Program-made: the position numbers and the translations under genes
Notes under the pieces: model-generated
Seen by the model: only the letters and a program-made list of their open reading frames with translations
What the model was told of the DNA's origin: nothing
The model's database searches: none
Part shown: one piece after another, positions 38,118 to 48,269 of the stretch
How positions within the stretch are numbered: position 1 is the stretch's first letter
Layout of the letters: every line of letters begins with the position of its first letter
IMG/VR virus record: IMGVR_UViG_3300045988_177049
Span: 45,537 to 109,536 of that record
DNA length: 64,000 nucleotides
Reading direction: 5' to 3' (one strand)
Origin: a virus

Positions 38118-38669
38118 TCAGAACTCCGGTTCGTCGTTCTCGATCTCAGCAACCTCTTCAACCTGCGCCTCGGCGCTAACCTCGGCTTCTGCGTCCTTCT
38201 GAGCAGCCTTGCGAGCTTCATTAGCTTCCTTAGCTGCCTTCGAAGCTGCACGCAGCTCATCGAAGATCTTATCGTCGATCGCCAACTCCGAAGGCTCAAG
38301 AGTCTTCGTGTTGATGACAAGACCAGTCTGCTTACCAGATGCAGGCATCACGTCTGCCTTCACCGCGTAAACGCGAGGTCCCGGATGACCGTCACGCTCA
38401 GGCATCTGAACGAAGTTATCGCCAGCCGCAGCAACAATAGCATCTCGCTGAGACACACTGTAACCGGCCTGGTGATCATACACCGTTCGACCATCCAATT
38501 CACGCTTCTTCGACACCAGGTGAGGAACTTGCTGGGGTGCAACACCCTCAACAGGACGCACCTGTGCATCCAGGAAGAAACGATCGCCAGCCTTTGAGTG
38601 TGCGTTGGGGTATTCGACAACCACCAGCTCGACACCACTCATTGAACCCTTACCACGTAGAATAGCCAT
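38118..38669 (-). CDS. hypothetical protein with a Lys/Ala/Glu-rich acidic tail ending ...ENDEPEF
   Basis: ORF of 183 aa directly downstream of the relaxase gene on the same strand. The C-terminal EPEF is shared with ORF 41205..42308. Confidence 0.45.
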   Translation of the reverse strand: MAILRGKGSMSGVELVVVEYPNAHSKAGDRFFLDAQVRPVEGVAPQQVPHLVSKKRELDGRTVYDHQAGYSVSQRDAIVAAAGDNFVQMPERDGHPGPRVYAVKADVMPASGKQTGLVINTKTLEPSELAIDDKIFDELRAASKAAKEANEARKAAQKDAEAEVSAEAQVEEVAEIENDEPEF

Positions 38670-38804
38670 TGCGCCATCCTCCTTCCATATCCCGCTCCGC
38701 AGAGCGTCAGTCGAGGGTTAATCAGCCCTCTCATATACACGGGTCCCTCCCGTGCAACGCTCTTTCATCATAATACGAGAAAACACTGAGTGTCAAGTCA
38801 AACA

Positions 38805-41129
38805 TCAACCAAGTTCAATATCGTCGGATGCATCCATGATGTCATTCTCAGGCGTGTCCAGAACAGCCTCAATCTGAGGCACCAAGTCTGCCGTCTCGCG
38901 CCATGTGCTTATCCGAACGATGCCAGCCAGACCCTCGTCAAAACTGACTGTTGCACTCCGGCGCACCCCCTTTTTCATCGGAACCACATCGCTGAGCGCG
39001 CTTGTGAGAACCAGATCGCCACTCTTGTGGCTCATCTGCTTCTCCAGATCATCAGCCACCTTATTCATCCGGCGCACATCACCCAGGGGCAACACGGCGT
39101 CAACGATGGTGCTCTGGCCTGATTGCTCCAAATAGGTTCGAGCCTCATCAACCAGACGTTGCCGCCTTCGTGCCCACTGAACGAAGCCCTGGGCCGTGTG
39201 GCGTCCCAGGGCCATATCCACCACCGTGTCCGACCTAACGTCGTGAAGATCCATACCCTTGGTTTCAGACAATGTCCAGCGTTCCCCTTGCACCACAGTG
39301 AGGGCGTTCTCGCCACCTGCTGTCTGATCCTTTTGATCCGAGTCCTCATCGCCCACAGCCTTGATGACAAGACCTTGACCCGACAGGGTGGACACAAGAT
39401 CGTTCATACGGGTTTTGAGCGTCTCACGCGCCTTCTCTAGGCGGCGGCGCAAAGTCTGACGCCCCGCTGAGCCACCGGCCACCAGCAAACGTCCACCGCT
39501 CACGCCATGAGAGACCACCCCTAAGCGCTCGGCTTCATTCGCATCCTTCATCTTCGGGATGGAACGGTCCCCCAGCAACCCCTCTAGGCCAAAAACACCC
39601 GTGCGTGCCTGATCGACAGCATACAACGCCTCTTTCCACGTCTCATCGCTACTCTCACCATCAACGCCTGTAGCCAGCGGCCCCAGCAGCGAGCGATATT
39701 TACTCACGCACCGGGCATGATACTCTTCCTCTTCGAGATAGAGCCTATGCATCGGCTCAGAGGTTGACGAGACGACCCCTGCTTGGAAACCAGACTCCCA
39801 TTCTGAGGCACGCTGACGCCACATCTCACGTTGAGCGTTATGTTCCCGCATCCTTGTTCCATACGAGCGTAGTCGCAATGAGAAGCCCACAAGATCATCC
39901 TCGGCGCTCACGCCCCCAGCTCGGGTCTTGATCTGCTGAGCGTGAGTAGCCATCAGGGTCTCCACGTCTTGGCTCATCACGTCCAGAGTCGGCGTACGTA
40001 CATGTGTCATCTCTGGCGGCAACGAGGCAAGAACTTGGTACAAACCGTTAACACCTCGCTCCATAATGGTCTGATACCCACGCTGAACCAATGCCTTGCG
40101 CGCCTGCTCACTCAAACCTTCTCGCTGTGCCCTACGGCCAGCGTAGGTCTCGACAGCGAGCATGGCAGAAGCCATCGGTGAGCCTTCTTGTTCAAGCAGC
40201 TCACTCACCAGCTCTGTGGCAACGCTATTGGCACGTCGCATCTCGCTCCGGTTTGATCCGTAACGCCACAAAGTCTTGTCAGCAGGCAGGCACGCGAGCA
40301 GCAGCTGTGGAAGCGACTCTTCGAGCACCTTCTTATGCGCCCATCGCTTAACAAACGCTGCGACATTAAGTCGTTCATACCCCACAGCGCTCGACATATG
40401 AGCCACGTGCTGGTTCTCGTCTAACCACGAGTCCACCCCTCGGCGGAGCACAGAGATGTCGGTGCTCGTCAGTTTACCTTTCTGCTGGACGCCTTTCCCG
40501 GTGCGCACTCTCCGACCGCGCCCGGCATCAACCATTGCGAGATGGCAGTGAACATGCAGGGTATCCACCTGGATCACGCCCACGTAGCGCAGGTCATCGA
40601 AACGATGCCCCATACGCTCCAGTCCATGCATAATCGCCATGCGCAGGCGCATCTGGTCGATATGGCCTCGGTAATCGCCTTTGTTCTGTGCCACGAAACC
40701 CTTGGGAACCACACCCATCTCTTGCAGATACTCAGGGCTAAAAGACAACACAGTTTTCATGACTGTGTGACCTTCATCGAACAGACGTTGAATGTCAGCG
40801 CTGGCTCGGCGTACACCTTCATCAGAGAGCGAGGGTTGGCCGTAGCCAAAGGCAACGCCGCCCAGCCCAGAGACATGGAGCACGCTCTCTTTAACCTCGT
40901 AGCGCGAATGAGCCTTCTCCGTTGCGCTCTCACGGGCCATGTAACGAAGAATAAAGTCTTCCGTATCGCGCTTGCGGATCGGCGTGACAGGTTCGGTTGC
41001 CCCTTTGCGAGCCATATAGCGCATGACGTAGGTACCGGGGGTACCACCACGTGATCCACCTTTGCCAGACCCTGGGGTGGGCACGCTGAACTCGTTGACG
41101 ACAACGATGCTGCTCTTAAGGCTCACCAT
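38805..41129 (-). CDS. MobP-type (RP4 TraI-like) conjugative relaxase with a large C-terminal extension
   Basis: The three-histidine motif VIQVDTLHVHCHLAMVD matches relaxase motif III HxDxxxLHxHxxxN of RP4 TraI. RBS gaaagg precedes the start. It is embedded among T4SS genes. Confidence 0.6.
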   Translation of the reverse strand: MVSLKSSIVVVNEFSVPTPGSGKGGSRGGTPGTYVMRYMARKGATEPVTPIRKRDTEDFILRYMARESATEKAHSRYEVKESVLHVSGLGGVAFGYGQPSLSDEGVRRASADIQRLFDEGHTVMKTVLSFSPEYLQEMGVVPKGFVAQNKGDYRGHIDQMRLRMAIMHGLERMGHRFDDLRYVGVIQVDTLHVHCHLAMVDAGRGRRVRTGKGVQQKGKLTSTDISVLRRGVDSWLDENQHVAHMSSAVGYERLNVAAFVKRWAHKKVLEESLPQLLLACLPADKTLWRYGSNRSEMRRANSVATELVSELLEQEGSPMASAMLAVETYAGRRAQREGLSEQARKALVQRGYQTIMERGVNGLYQVLASLPPEMTHVRTPTLDVMSQDVETLMATHAQQIKTRAGGVSAEDDLVGFSLRLRSYGTRMREHNAQREMWRQRASEWESGFQAGVVSSTSEPMHRLYLEEEEYHARCVSKYRSLLGPLATGVDGESSDETWKEALYAVDQARTGVFGLEGLLGDRSIPKMKDANEAERLGVVSHGVSGGRLLVAGGSAGRQTLRRRLEKARETLKTRMNDLVSTLSGQGLVIKAVGDEDSDQKDQTAGGENALTVVQGERWTLSETKGMDLHDVRSDTVVDMALGRHTAQGFVQWARRRQRLVDEARTYLEQSGQSTIVDAVLPLGDVRRMNKVADDLEKQMSHKSGDLVLTSALSDVVPMKKGVRRSATVSFDEGLAGIVRISTWRETADLVPQIEAVLDTPENDIMDASDDIELG

Positions 41130-41139
41130 TCAACCTTTC

Positions 41140-41204
41140 TGTAACGTCTGAATACAAGCAACAGGGGCGGCGCAATCCCACCGCCCCTGCCGCATTGCGA
41201 CATC
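41140..41204 (-). promoter_or_regulatory. candidate oriT or terminator: nested inverted repeats immediately upstream of the relaxase gene
   Basis: caggggcgg-N10-ccgcccctg is a 9-bp perfect inverted repeat and contains the nested pair cgcaat / attgcg. It lies between the stop of 41205..42308 and the relaxase start. No nic-site consensus could be confirmed by eye. Confidence 0.25.
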
Positions 41205-42308
41205 TTAGAACTCGGGTTCCTCGTCCTCGATGTCAAGGTCAAGAGCGTTAATCGTCTTGTCTCCCGCGCTCGTGTCCTTCTCGTCGCTCTCATCCGCGAC
41301 AGGCATCTTTTCACGCAGACGTGCTTCGACCTCTTCACGGATCGAGTCATCGTTCAAAGCCTCGGTGACAGCAGGGCTGTTCTCGGCAATCTGAGAGGCG
41401 ACAAAGTCGCCGAGCACAGACTTGAACGTCGAGTCCAGGGTGCTCTCCTTGGCAGACTCCACGCTCGGTTTGTCCTCGCGCGTCTCTTCTGCTTCGACCT
41501 CGGCCTCATCCTGGGCGGCTGCCTTGTTTTGAGCGTTGCGCATCAGCGCATCGAACAGAGGCGATTCCATGACAGGCAGAGAAGTCGCAGAAGCGCCGCT
41601 CAGAGCCTGAGAAATCGACGCACCTTCTGCCTCGCTGACTCGACCTTCTGAGCCGTCCTCGTCATACTCAGACAGATCCATACCGGCGAACATGTCGTTC
41701 ACCTGAGAGGTTCGCTCCATGCTCCGATCCGCAGACAGGCTGTTTTCACTCTCACGAGAGCGAATCTCACTGAGGTAATCCGGGAAGTAGTCGGACAGAT
41801 CAAGGCCGGAGTTCTCGGAGTCAATGACAAGTCCGTCTCGGTCCACAACGTCAAGGAACACCAGTGGTGCTTCCGTTTCGTTTCGAGGTGCAATTGCAAT
41901 GCCCTTGTAGTGAGCCGGAAGCTGCCACACTTGGTTGAGCAGATCGGCAGGGGGTTCGAAACCTTCGTTGAAGAAACCCTTTTGAACAAGGGCGACAAGC
42001 TGCTCATCGGAGAATTCATAGAATGCATCGACCGTTGAGTCACCGCCATCCATGTTCCGATCAAAAGCCACCTCGGTCACGCCGTAGGCGATCTCGGGTG
42101 AGTCATAGGGGACCAGTCCAACAAGGCGACCACGAACATGGAGAACGGGTCGGTAGTTAGAGGCTGGTCCATGGTTGGTGAAATACAAGGTGTCCACAAG
42201 AACCTTGATGTCGGCTTCGCCTTCAACCTCACGCGTTTCAACGTCTCGCATCGACAGGGCGCGTTGTACCCAGCGATTCGAGCGACGCATTCCGGTAACG
42301 GTACTCAT
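41205..42308 (-). CDS. highly acidic hypothetical protein (367 aa), C-terminus ...DIEDEEPEF
   Basis: Long ORF upstream of the relaxase. It is extremely Asp/Glu/Ser-rich and ends in EPEF like ORF 38118..38669. Confidence 0.45.
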   Translation of the reverse strand: MSTVTGMRRSNRWVQRALSMRDVETREVEGEADIKVLVDTLYFTNHGPASNYRPVLHVRGRLVGLVPYDSPEIAYGVTEVAFDRNMDGGDSTVDAFYEFSDEQLVALVQKGFFNEGFEPPADLLNQVWQLPAHYKGIAIAPRNETEAPLVFLDVVDRDGLVIDSENSGLDLSDYFPDYLSEIRSRESENSLSADRSMERTSQVNDMFAGMDLSEYDEDGSEGRVSEAEGASISQALSGASATSLPVMESPLFDALMRNAQNKAAAQDEAEVEAEETREDKPSVESAKESTLDSTFKSVLGDFVASQIAENSPAVTEALNDDSIREEVEARLREKMPVADESDEKDTSAGDKTINALDLDIEDEEPEF

Positions 42309-42347
42309 ATATTCTCTCTTTCCTTTAGTAGGGGTAGAACCATCGGC

Positions 42348-42842
42348 TCAGCGCCGACGCGACTTCTTCTTCTTTCGGTCTGGTTCAGGGGTTTCGACAC
42401 GCTTTGCACGGCCCATTGGTTCAGAGGCGTGGTGCACACCTTCTGTCCACTCGCCCATGCCCCCTGCTCGATCAACCCATAGTCTCATCGAGTCAAAACC
42501 TCGGTTCATGACGCGCCACATCCATGCGCACAGCGCGATCACACCAGCGGAGATCACCAAGGTTGTGAGCAGCATCGGAGCAACCCAGTACGTGATGAAC
42601 GATTCACTGCTCGGCGCGTTTGCACTCGTCACACCCAATGCATTTTGAATGAGTGATCCCATGTTTGGAACAACTTTCAGCGCTCCCCACATCGTGATCC
42701 ACAGGCTGATAAACAGCCATAGGACAAAGCCGATGACGCGGGCAACAACGTAGAGGCCCATACGGGCACTTCGCTTGATTGCACCCTTTTCATCGTCAGT
42801 CATGGGAGTGCGGGAGGTCTTAACCAAAGAAGTCAGGTTCAT
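42348..42842 (-). CDS. small polytopic membrane protein with a basic C-terminal tail (RKKKKSRRR), candidate T4SS component
   Basis: Three to four predicted TM helices. It lies within the conjugation gene block. Confidence 0.4.
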   Translation of the reverse strand: MNLTSLVKTSRTPMTDDEKGAIKRSARMGLYVVARVIGFVLWLFISLWITMWGALKVVPNMGSLIQNALGVTSANAPSSESFITYWVAPMLLTTLVISAGVIALCAWMWRVMNRGFDSMRLWVDRAGGMGEWTEGVHHASEPMGRAKRVETPEPDRKKKKSRRR

Positions 42843-42899
42843 TCGAGATTTCCTTTCAGATTATTTCAATAAAACAATGACATGTGGGACTGCACATGC

Positions 42900-43625
42900 T
42901 TAGTACGTCCGATCGTGACCAGGAGAACCGGCCCAACCGATGAGATCAGTAACGTTTCCATCACTATCCACGGTGTAACTCATCGTAGAGTACGAGGTGC
43001 TGGTTGCCTTACCGTCAACGCTTCGTGTTTTGATACCGACCACGGCAAAGTAGGAGTACTTCGTGCCGTTAATGTTCGTCACAGCGCTCGTGAACGAATC
43101 GAGAGTCGAGTTCGCGCCTTCATAAGCAAAGTACGTCTTTCCAGACGAGTCTGTGCGCCACGCACCTGCATCTTCACCCGGCATAAACACCTTGAGGAAC
43201 TGAGAGTTCTCATCGAGATGCCAACGATCGATGAGCGCCTTTCGTGCATCAATGTACTGTTGCCCGCTTGACCACGTAAGCGCCTGCTTCATAATGGCTT
43301 CAACAGTCTCGTCATCCTTGGCCTTACGAGCCGGGGACATGCCAGTGGTCTCGGTCGAGACATTCTCTTGCGCGGTCGCACTTGATGCCTGGGTCGAGCC
43401 AAGCTGAGAGCGCAACTGCTGGACGTAGGCTTCCGTGCGTGCGTTCTCGGCGCTCACGGTGTTTCCGTGAACAGCCGCAACACCGATACCACCGCACAGA
43501 ATCGCACCACCTGCAATGAGTGCTCCGAAACGTACAACCCACGAGGGCTTATTCTCTTGTGTCATCTCAACCAACTCCGTTCGCGTGTGCCGTGTCATCA
43601 CTAATGAGCAAGCGTGCTCCAGCAC
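42900..43625 (-). CDS. membrane-anchored or secreted hypothetical protein (241 aa)
   Basis: N-terminal TM FGALIAGGAILCGGIGVAAVHG followed by a Thr/Ser-rich extracytoplasmic region. Confidence 0.4.
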   Translation of the reverse strand: MLEHACSLVMTRHTRTELVEMTQENKPSWVVRFGALIAGGAILCGGIGVAAVHGNTVSAENARTEAYVQQLRSQLGSTQASSATAQENVSTETTGMSPARKAKDDETVEAIMKQALTWSSGQQYIDARKALIDRWHLDENSQFLKVFMPGEDAGAWRTDSSGKTYFAYEGANSTLDSFTSAVTNINGTKYSYFAVVGIKTRSVDGKATSTSYSTMSYTVDSDGNVTDLIGWAGSPGHDRTY

Positions 43626-44343
43626 TCGTCACGCCAGTATGCAGCTTGGAGAACGTTCCAGACCCAGCATCATACGTGGCTGTCGTCCATGCGAGCAACG
43701 TACCGTCGCTCCCCTTGCACAACCATGCGATCGGCAGAGCGGACGTGTCTGTCACATCGTAGGTGACAACCGATTCCCACTTGTACTGATCGGCGGGCAT
43801 CGGATTTGCCCCGCCAGACCCGTCCTTAACCAAAGGCGAGAACCACCTGCCAGCAGCCTTGCTCGGAACCAACTGAGCCAACGCCTCATACAGTGCCTTG
43901 GACTTTTGTGCATCCTGCTGTGCCTGTGCAGCAGCAGTGCTCGGTTGCCAACCCCTGTATTCGTTTTGGAGATCGGCAACCTTCTGGCTCTTTTCTTGCA
44001 GGGCGCTCACAGCCTTCTTCGCCACGTTCGCATCAGGAACAGCCTGCTCGGTGTGCTGTGCGCTAGAGATCTGAGCGTTCAGATCGTTAATCTCAGCCGT
44101 GCGGTCCACAGGCTTGGTCTGCATCCCAAACGCTGCAATACCAATACCAAGAGCTGCAAGACCCATGCTTGCACCCACCTTGAGGCCAGTGCGAGAGCGA
44201 GTGTTCTCACCGGAACCCTGCTCCTTTTCAGCGCGACGACGCTCCCATTCTTCGGCAACGTCGATGCGAGTTGTGCGCTTCGGCTTTTCAGTCGGGGTGC
44301 GCGACCATTCAATCAAGTCATCAAGTTTCGACACGGCTATCAC
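43567..44343 (-). CDS. membrane protein (258 aa) with one TM and a Gln/Ala-rich extracellular part
   Basis: TM helix GASMGLAALGIGIAAFG. Its 3' end overlaps the next ORF by 59 nt, so the boundaries are uncertain. Confidence 0.35.
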   Translation of the reverse strand: MIAVSKLDDLIEWSRTPTEKPKRTTRIDVAEEWERRRAEKEQGSGENTRSRTGLKVGASMGLAALGIGIAAFGMQTKPVDRTAEINDLNAQISSAQHTEQAVPDANVAKKAVSALQEKSQKVADLQNEYRGWQPSTAAAQAQQDAQKSKALYEALAQLVPSKAAGRWFSPLVKDGSGGANPMPADQYKWESVVTYDVTDTSALPIAWLCKGSDGTLLAWTTATYDAGSGTFSKLHTGVTSAGARLLISDDTAHANGVG

Positions 44344-44455
44344 TTCCTTTCGTTTGACGCGATTTCACTCGTGTATCAATATAATTATTGTAGCACAAAA
44401 CCCCGCACTAGATGCAATATCTAGCACGGGGCCTGTGATCAATCCATGCAACAAC

Positions 44456-46351
44456 TCACGGTCCAGGGGTCAGGCGCGTACCCTTATCCCCCTGCCCCTT
44501 CTGCATAGAGGACGGGACAGTAACAGACGTGAACTTCGAAGACTGCTCCTTCGTCACGTTACGGAACGCCAAGTAATCCGTATCGAGACCCGTTGAACCA
44601 GTGTAGAACTGACCAACTGTTGGCGAACGGTCGTTGAGCGAACCAGAAACAATCTCGCCATGAGACTCGTAGTTTCCTTCGCCCCAAACTTCCTTCACCG
44701 AGTCTTCACCCACGTACATGACTGTGTGCGAAACGCCGCCAGTTGTGCGCAAAAGGATATCTCCCGGTTGCAGCTTGGACTTGTCACCGTTGTAATCAAC
44801 CGGCTTCCACTTCGAACTGCCTTCACCTTGGAGATAGGCGAGCTGGTTCGATACACCACCAGCGGGATAGCTATCGTCTGTTCCAGACCAGCGCACAGCG
44901 GTTGCAACCGTACGGTCACATGAAGCAAAGAAATGATCCGACTCACCAAGTACTTCCTTATGAAGATACTTGTACAGATCGGTGCCGTCGTTGCCCTTAC
45001 CCTCATCGTTGTACGGCCATGCGTAGGACAGCGCAGCCTTGACCAGCGACGAGTTATCAACGTGTCCAGCAAAAGACTTACACTGACTTGCCGCCTGAGC
45101 AACAGAAGCGTTGTTCGCTCCTGTCACTGCACTACCTGACTGAGCAAGAATCGAGTCAGCGAGCGACTGATTCTTCGACCAGCCACCCATCTTGGCAAAC
45201 CACGTGCCAGCAGCAGCTTCACGGGTTGGCAGCGTTCCATCATTGATGCCTTCCCACTTCGTAAGGAAGTACGAGGTTGCAGCAGACACGCTTCCACCCT
45301 CAGAGTTATTGATGAGAGCCTTCACCTGACCCACACGGGTTGGATCATCCTTGGAGACCATGAAACCAAGCTGAGTTTCCAGCGTGTACCACGGCTTATT
45401 GATCGACTTTGCATACTCGGTGAGCAGCGTGTTACGGCCATTCGTCCACTGTCCAAGGCCAATACCCATGAGGTCAATCGCAGGGAAACGAGCAGCGTAA
45501 GCCGGATCAACCTGAGCCATCTTAAAGTTCTTAAGTTGAGCATCCGTTTTGCGCGGCCCAATCGTGAACTTCTCGTCAAAGATTGTTTCAACGCTCGTTG
45601 GATCGATACCTGACTCATGCGACCAGTTGCCAAGGATGCCAGCGATATTCTCATTCGACATTCCCCATGCCGAGAGCACGGAGTAAATCGTCTTGGCGTT
45701 TTCTTCTGTTTGAGCCGAGAAATCGCCCTGAGCGCCCTCAGATGCTTTCACAGCGTTGTTCACTTCAACAGTGCATGAGGGGAGCAATCCATCGCGAGAG
45801 GCGGTGTCGCCATCGCGCATCGCAAGAGCACCACCAACCACGCCGACAGCTCCAACCGCTAGAGCCGCAAACGAAGCAACGCCCGCTGTTGCAGCTGAAA
45901 CCATGCCACCCATCGCACTTGAAATTGAAGTACCAAGACCAGCAAAGAACCCGACGACCGACTTACCAGCAGCGACGAGAGCGCCTGCTGCCATAGACCA
46001 CAGTGACTGAGCAGCAGCAACGGCTGTCATCATCACAGTTTTCAGCCAGTTAAGAAACGTCGCTAGAGCAGCAGCTTGCGCAGCAACCGGAGCAGCAGCA
46101 CCAGCGGCCATACCTGCCGCAGCCTTGCCGCCCTTACCCGCGCCAGGAACGCCACCGATACCAGAGGGCGCTCCACCAGGAGCCGCGCCACCCGATCCCA
46201 TCACATCGGTACCATTAGCGCCTGTATCAACCTTTTCAGGCACATCACTTTGAGATGCGGAACGATCAGGCTTGTCAATCGTCTCAGGGGTAGAAGCGTC
46301 GCCCTTCAATGGGTCTAGCCCACCAGCTACGCCTTTACTCACTGTCATCAC
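44456..46351 (-). CDS. CwlT-like bifunctional cell-wall hydrolase: lysozyme-like muramidase domain plus C-terminal NlpC/P60 or CHAP peptidase
   Basis: N-terminal Gly/Ala-rich TM region. ENIAGILGNWSHESGIDP resembles the phage-tail-lysozyme or CwlT N-domain. The C-terminus has a Cys...His papain-like NlpC/P60 arrangement in ...FFASCD...GDILLRTTGGVSHTVMYVG. Confidence 0.6.
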   Translation of the reverse strand: MMTVSKGVAGGLDPLKGDASTPETIDKPDRSASQSDVPEKVDTGANGTDVMGSGGAAPGGAPSGIGGVPGAGKGGKAAAGMAAGAAAPVAAQAAALATFLNWLKTVMMTAVAAAQSLWSMAAGALVAAGKSVVGFFAGLGTSISSAMGGMVSAATAGVASFAALAVGAVGVVGGALAMRDGDTASRDGLLPSCTVEVNNAVKASEGAQGDFSAQTEENAKTIYSVLSAWGMSNENIAGILGNWSHESGIDPTSVETIFDEKFTIGPRKTDAQLKNFKMAQVDPAYAARFPAIDLMGIGLGQWTNGRNTLLTEYAKSINKPWYTLETQLGFMVSKDDPTRVGQVKALINNSEGGSVSAATSYFLTKWEGINDGTLPTREAAAGTWFAKMGGWSKNQSLADSILAQSGSAVTGANNASVAQAASQCKSFAGHVDNSSLVKAALSYAWPYNDEGKGNDGTDLYKYLHKEVLGESDHFFASCDRTVATAVRWSGTDDSYPAGGVSNQLAYLQGEGSSKWKPVDYNGDKSKLQPGDILLRTTGGVSHTVMYVGEDSVKEVWGEGNYESHGEIVSGSLNDRSPTVGQFYTGSTGLDTDYLAFRNVTKEQSSKFTSVTVPSSMQKGQGDKGTRLTPGP

Positions 46352-46364
46352 AAATCTCCTTCTC

Positions 46365-47846
46365 TCAGTACAGTGTCAAAACGTTCGCGTTCGTGTTCTG
46401 AGTCGTATTTGAACGGACGTTACGCAACTCAATCTCTAGGTTGAGCAAGTCGGAATACGACGTCACCTGATACTCCTTCTTGTGCTCGTAATATGTCTGC
46501 CATGAGGCAATAAGATTACTCCGCAAGTCAAGCAACGGCTTGATAAAAGTATCCCGATTGGTATAAACGCTGAGTGGCGTTCCGTTATTCAACGTAAACT
46601 CGACTTTATCCCAGACGGGCGCAGGAGCGGTGAGTTTTGACTGAGCCTTCATAAAGTCCACATAGCTCATACCCTTGGGAACAATCCGATCGAGGTACCC
46701 CTCGCTGACGTTGCCCTTGCGCCAGTCAAAGTCGTAACCACCGGGAACAACCTTCTTGGACACAAGTGCCAGCGTCGATTGTCCCGTCTTGCTGCTCTTA
46801 GCGTCTTGACCCGTCACCTGATCGCCCGCAATAATCTCCGGCGCAGGCGGATCGTTCAACTTCAAGATGTTTCCACGGTCATTGACAGTGGTCGTTGCAA
46901 TCTGGGAATTGTACTGATCAATCTTCGCCAGATCAGCTTGCATCTGAAGCAATTGACCATCCATCTTGTCACGCAACTTTTGCTCAGCATCGCGGGTCAC
47001 AGCCTCGTGATAGACGTTACCGGCGTTGAAATCACTTCCGGCAACACCCAGATTCATCTCGGTAGACCCAGTTGCCACAGGGTTAAACGCGATCCTGATC
47101 TGATCGTACCTCTCAAACGACTTACCTTTGGTGTTTGAATTCTGTGTTGAATCCGACGACGGCCCAGCCTGAGCGCCAGAACCATCACCCGTGTCCTTAT
47201 ACGAAACCTCACGGTTAATACGCACGATCATATCGAGAATGCGCAGATCGAACTTATTCGGGTTATCAAGCACGACACCCATGTATTTCGCATTATTTCC
47301 AAAGGTCACATAGCGTGCCGTAATTGGCTGGCCTTTGAGCGAGTAATGGTTCATCTCGGTGTCAGTGCCGGTGAGGAAGACCTGGTAATCATCAGCGCTT
47401 GAAGGAAGACGGTTATCGTCCTTAACCGAGAGCAAGACCATCGTGCGCGTCTTTGACGGATCGGTGTACACGCCCATAACAGAGCCGCCCACCTGAGTAC
47501 GCGAGGTGGTAAACGACTGAGTATAAAGAGCTGTTGCTCCGAGCTTTTCTTGTCCGTTTGCATACGAGGACACACCTGCTCCTGCAAAAAGAGCAATACC
47601 AGTGAAGCCAAAGATGGCAACAGCTACACCAAAACGTTCAATCGCATGGTGGGAATCAAACTTATACTTCGTCTGAAATTGTTTGAGTTTGTGGGAAAAA
47701 CCTGACGGAACTCCCTCACCACCAATGCTTTCTACTGTGCCAGGCTGGGTAGATTCTCCCTGAGCTTTCTTTCGACGATTCCACGCCATAATAGGATCCT
47801 TTCGCATAAATAAACCGAGATTAAGGGACGCACATAAAAACAACAA
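46365..47846 (-). CDS. conjugation-associated bitopic membrane protein (493 aa), ConB/TcpC/VirB8-like by position
   Basis: A single N-terminal TM, FGVAVAIFGFTGIALFAGAGV, followed by a large extracytoplasmic domain. It sits between the hydrolase and VirB6-like genes. Confidence 0.4.
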   Translation of the reverse strand: MLFLCASLNLGLFMRKDPIMAWNRRKKAQGESTQPGTVESIGGEGVPSGFSHKLKQFQTKYKFDSHHAIERFGVAVAIFGFTGIALFAGAGVSSYANGQEKLGATALYTQSFTTSRTQVGGSVMGVYTDPSKTRTMVLLSVKDDNRLPSSADDYQVFLTGTDTEMNHYSLKGQPITARYVTFGNNAKYMGVVLDNPNKFDLRILDMIVRINREVSYKDTGDGSGAQAGPSSDSTQNSNTKGKSFERYDQIRIAFNPVATGSTEMNLGVAGSDFNAGNVYHEAVTRDAEQKLRDKMDGQLLQMQADLAKIDQYNSQIATTTVNDRGNILKLNDPPAPEIIAGDQVTGQDAKSSKTGQSTLALVSKKVVPGGYDFDWRKGNVSEGYLDRIVPKGMSYVDFMKAQSKLTAPAPVWDKVEFTLNNGTPLSVYTNRDTFIKPLLDLRSNLIASWQTYYEHKKEYQVTSYSDLLNLEIELRNVRSNTTQNTNANVLTLY

Positions 47847-47903
47847 CAGCCGAAGCCGGTTCCCCGGCCCCGGCTGTGTTGATGGGTTGTGACTTGGTCG
47901 CTC

Positions 47904-48269
47904 TTACGGCAAGAAAGTCAACGCATAGGGCAGAATCATTCCGCCGCCAAGTTCTTCGAATGATTCCTTTGCACCCTGTGCAATATTCATCACCATCGAA
48001 ACCCCACCGAACAGGAGCAAGCCACCGAACATGAATGCCAGAAGGATCATGAACCACGAGGTTTGCTGCGAACCCTGGGTCTGCATGAACTTACCAACAA
48101 GTTTGAAGATTGACCAGCCGATCAAGACCAGGCCAAAAATTCCAAGAGCCAGACCGAGATAGGTCTTTCCTTCACTGAACATCTTTTCCAAGAGAGTCTT
48201 TGCACTCCACCCGGATGCAGGCACCATAAGACGAGTCATCGCCTCAGATGCAAGAACGTTGAGAGACAT
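47904..48269 (-). CDS. small two-TM membrane protein (121 aa), VirB3/TcpE-like by position
   Basis: Two hydrophobic helices. It is adjacent to the VirB6-like gene. Confidence 0.4.
   Translation of the reverse strand: MSLNVLASEAMTRLMVPASGWSAKTLLEKMFSEGKTYLGLALGIFGLVLIGWSIFKLVGKFMQTQGSQQTSWFMILLAFMFGGLLLFGGVSMVMNIAQGAKESFEELGGGMILPYALTFLP

Noticed and set aside
44456-46351. Gly/Ala-rich N-terminal segment of the wall hydrolase as a separate collagen-like or repeat protein
   Set aside because: It is continuous in frame with the lysozyme-like and NlpC/P60 domains. Low-complexity linkers of this kind are typical of CwlT/TcpG-type hydrolases.
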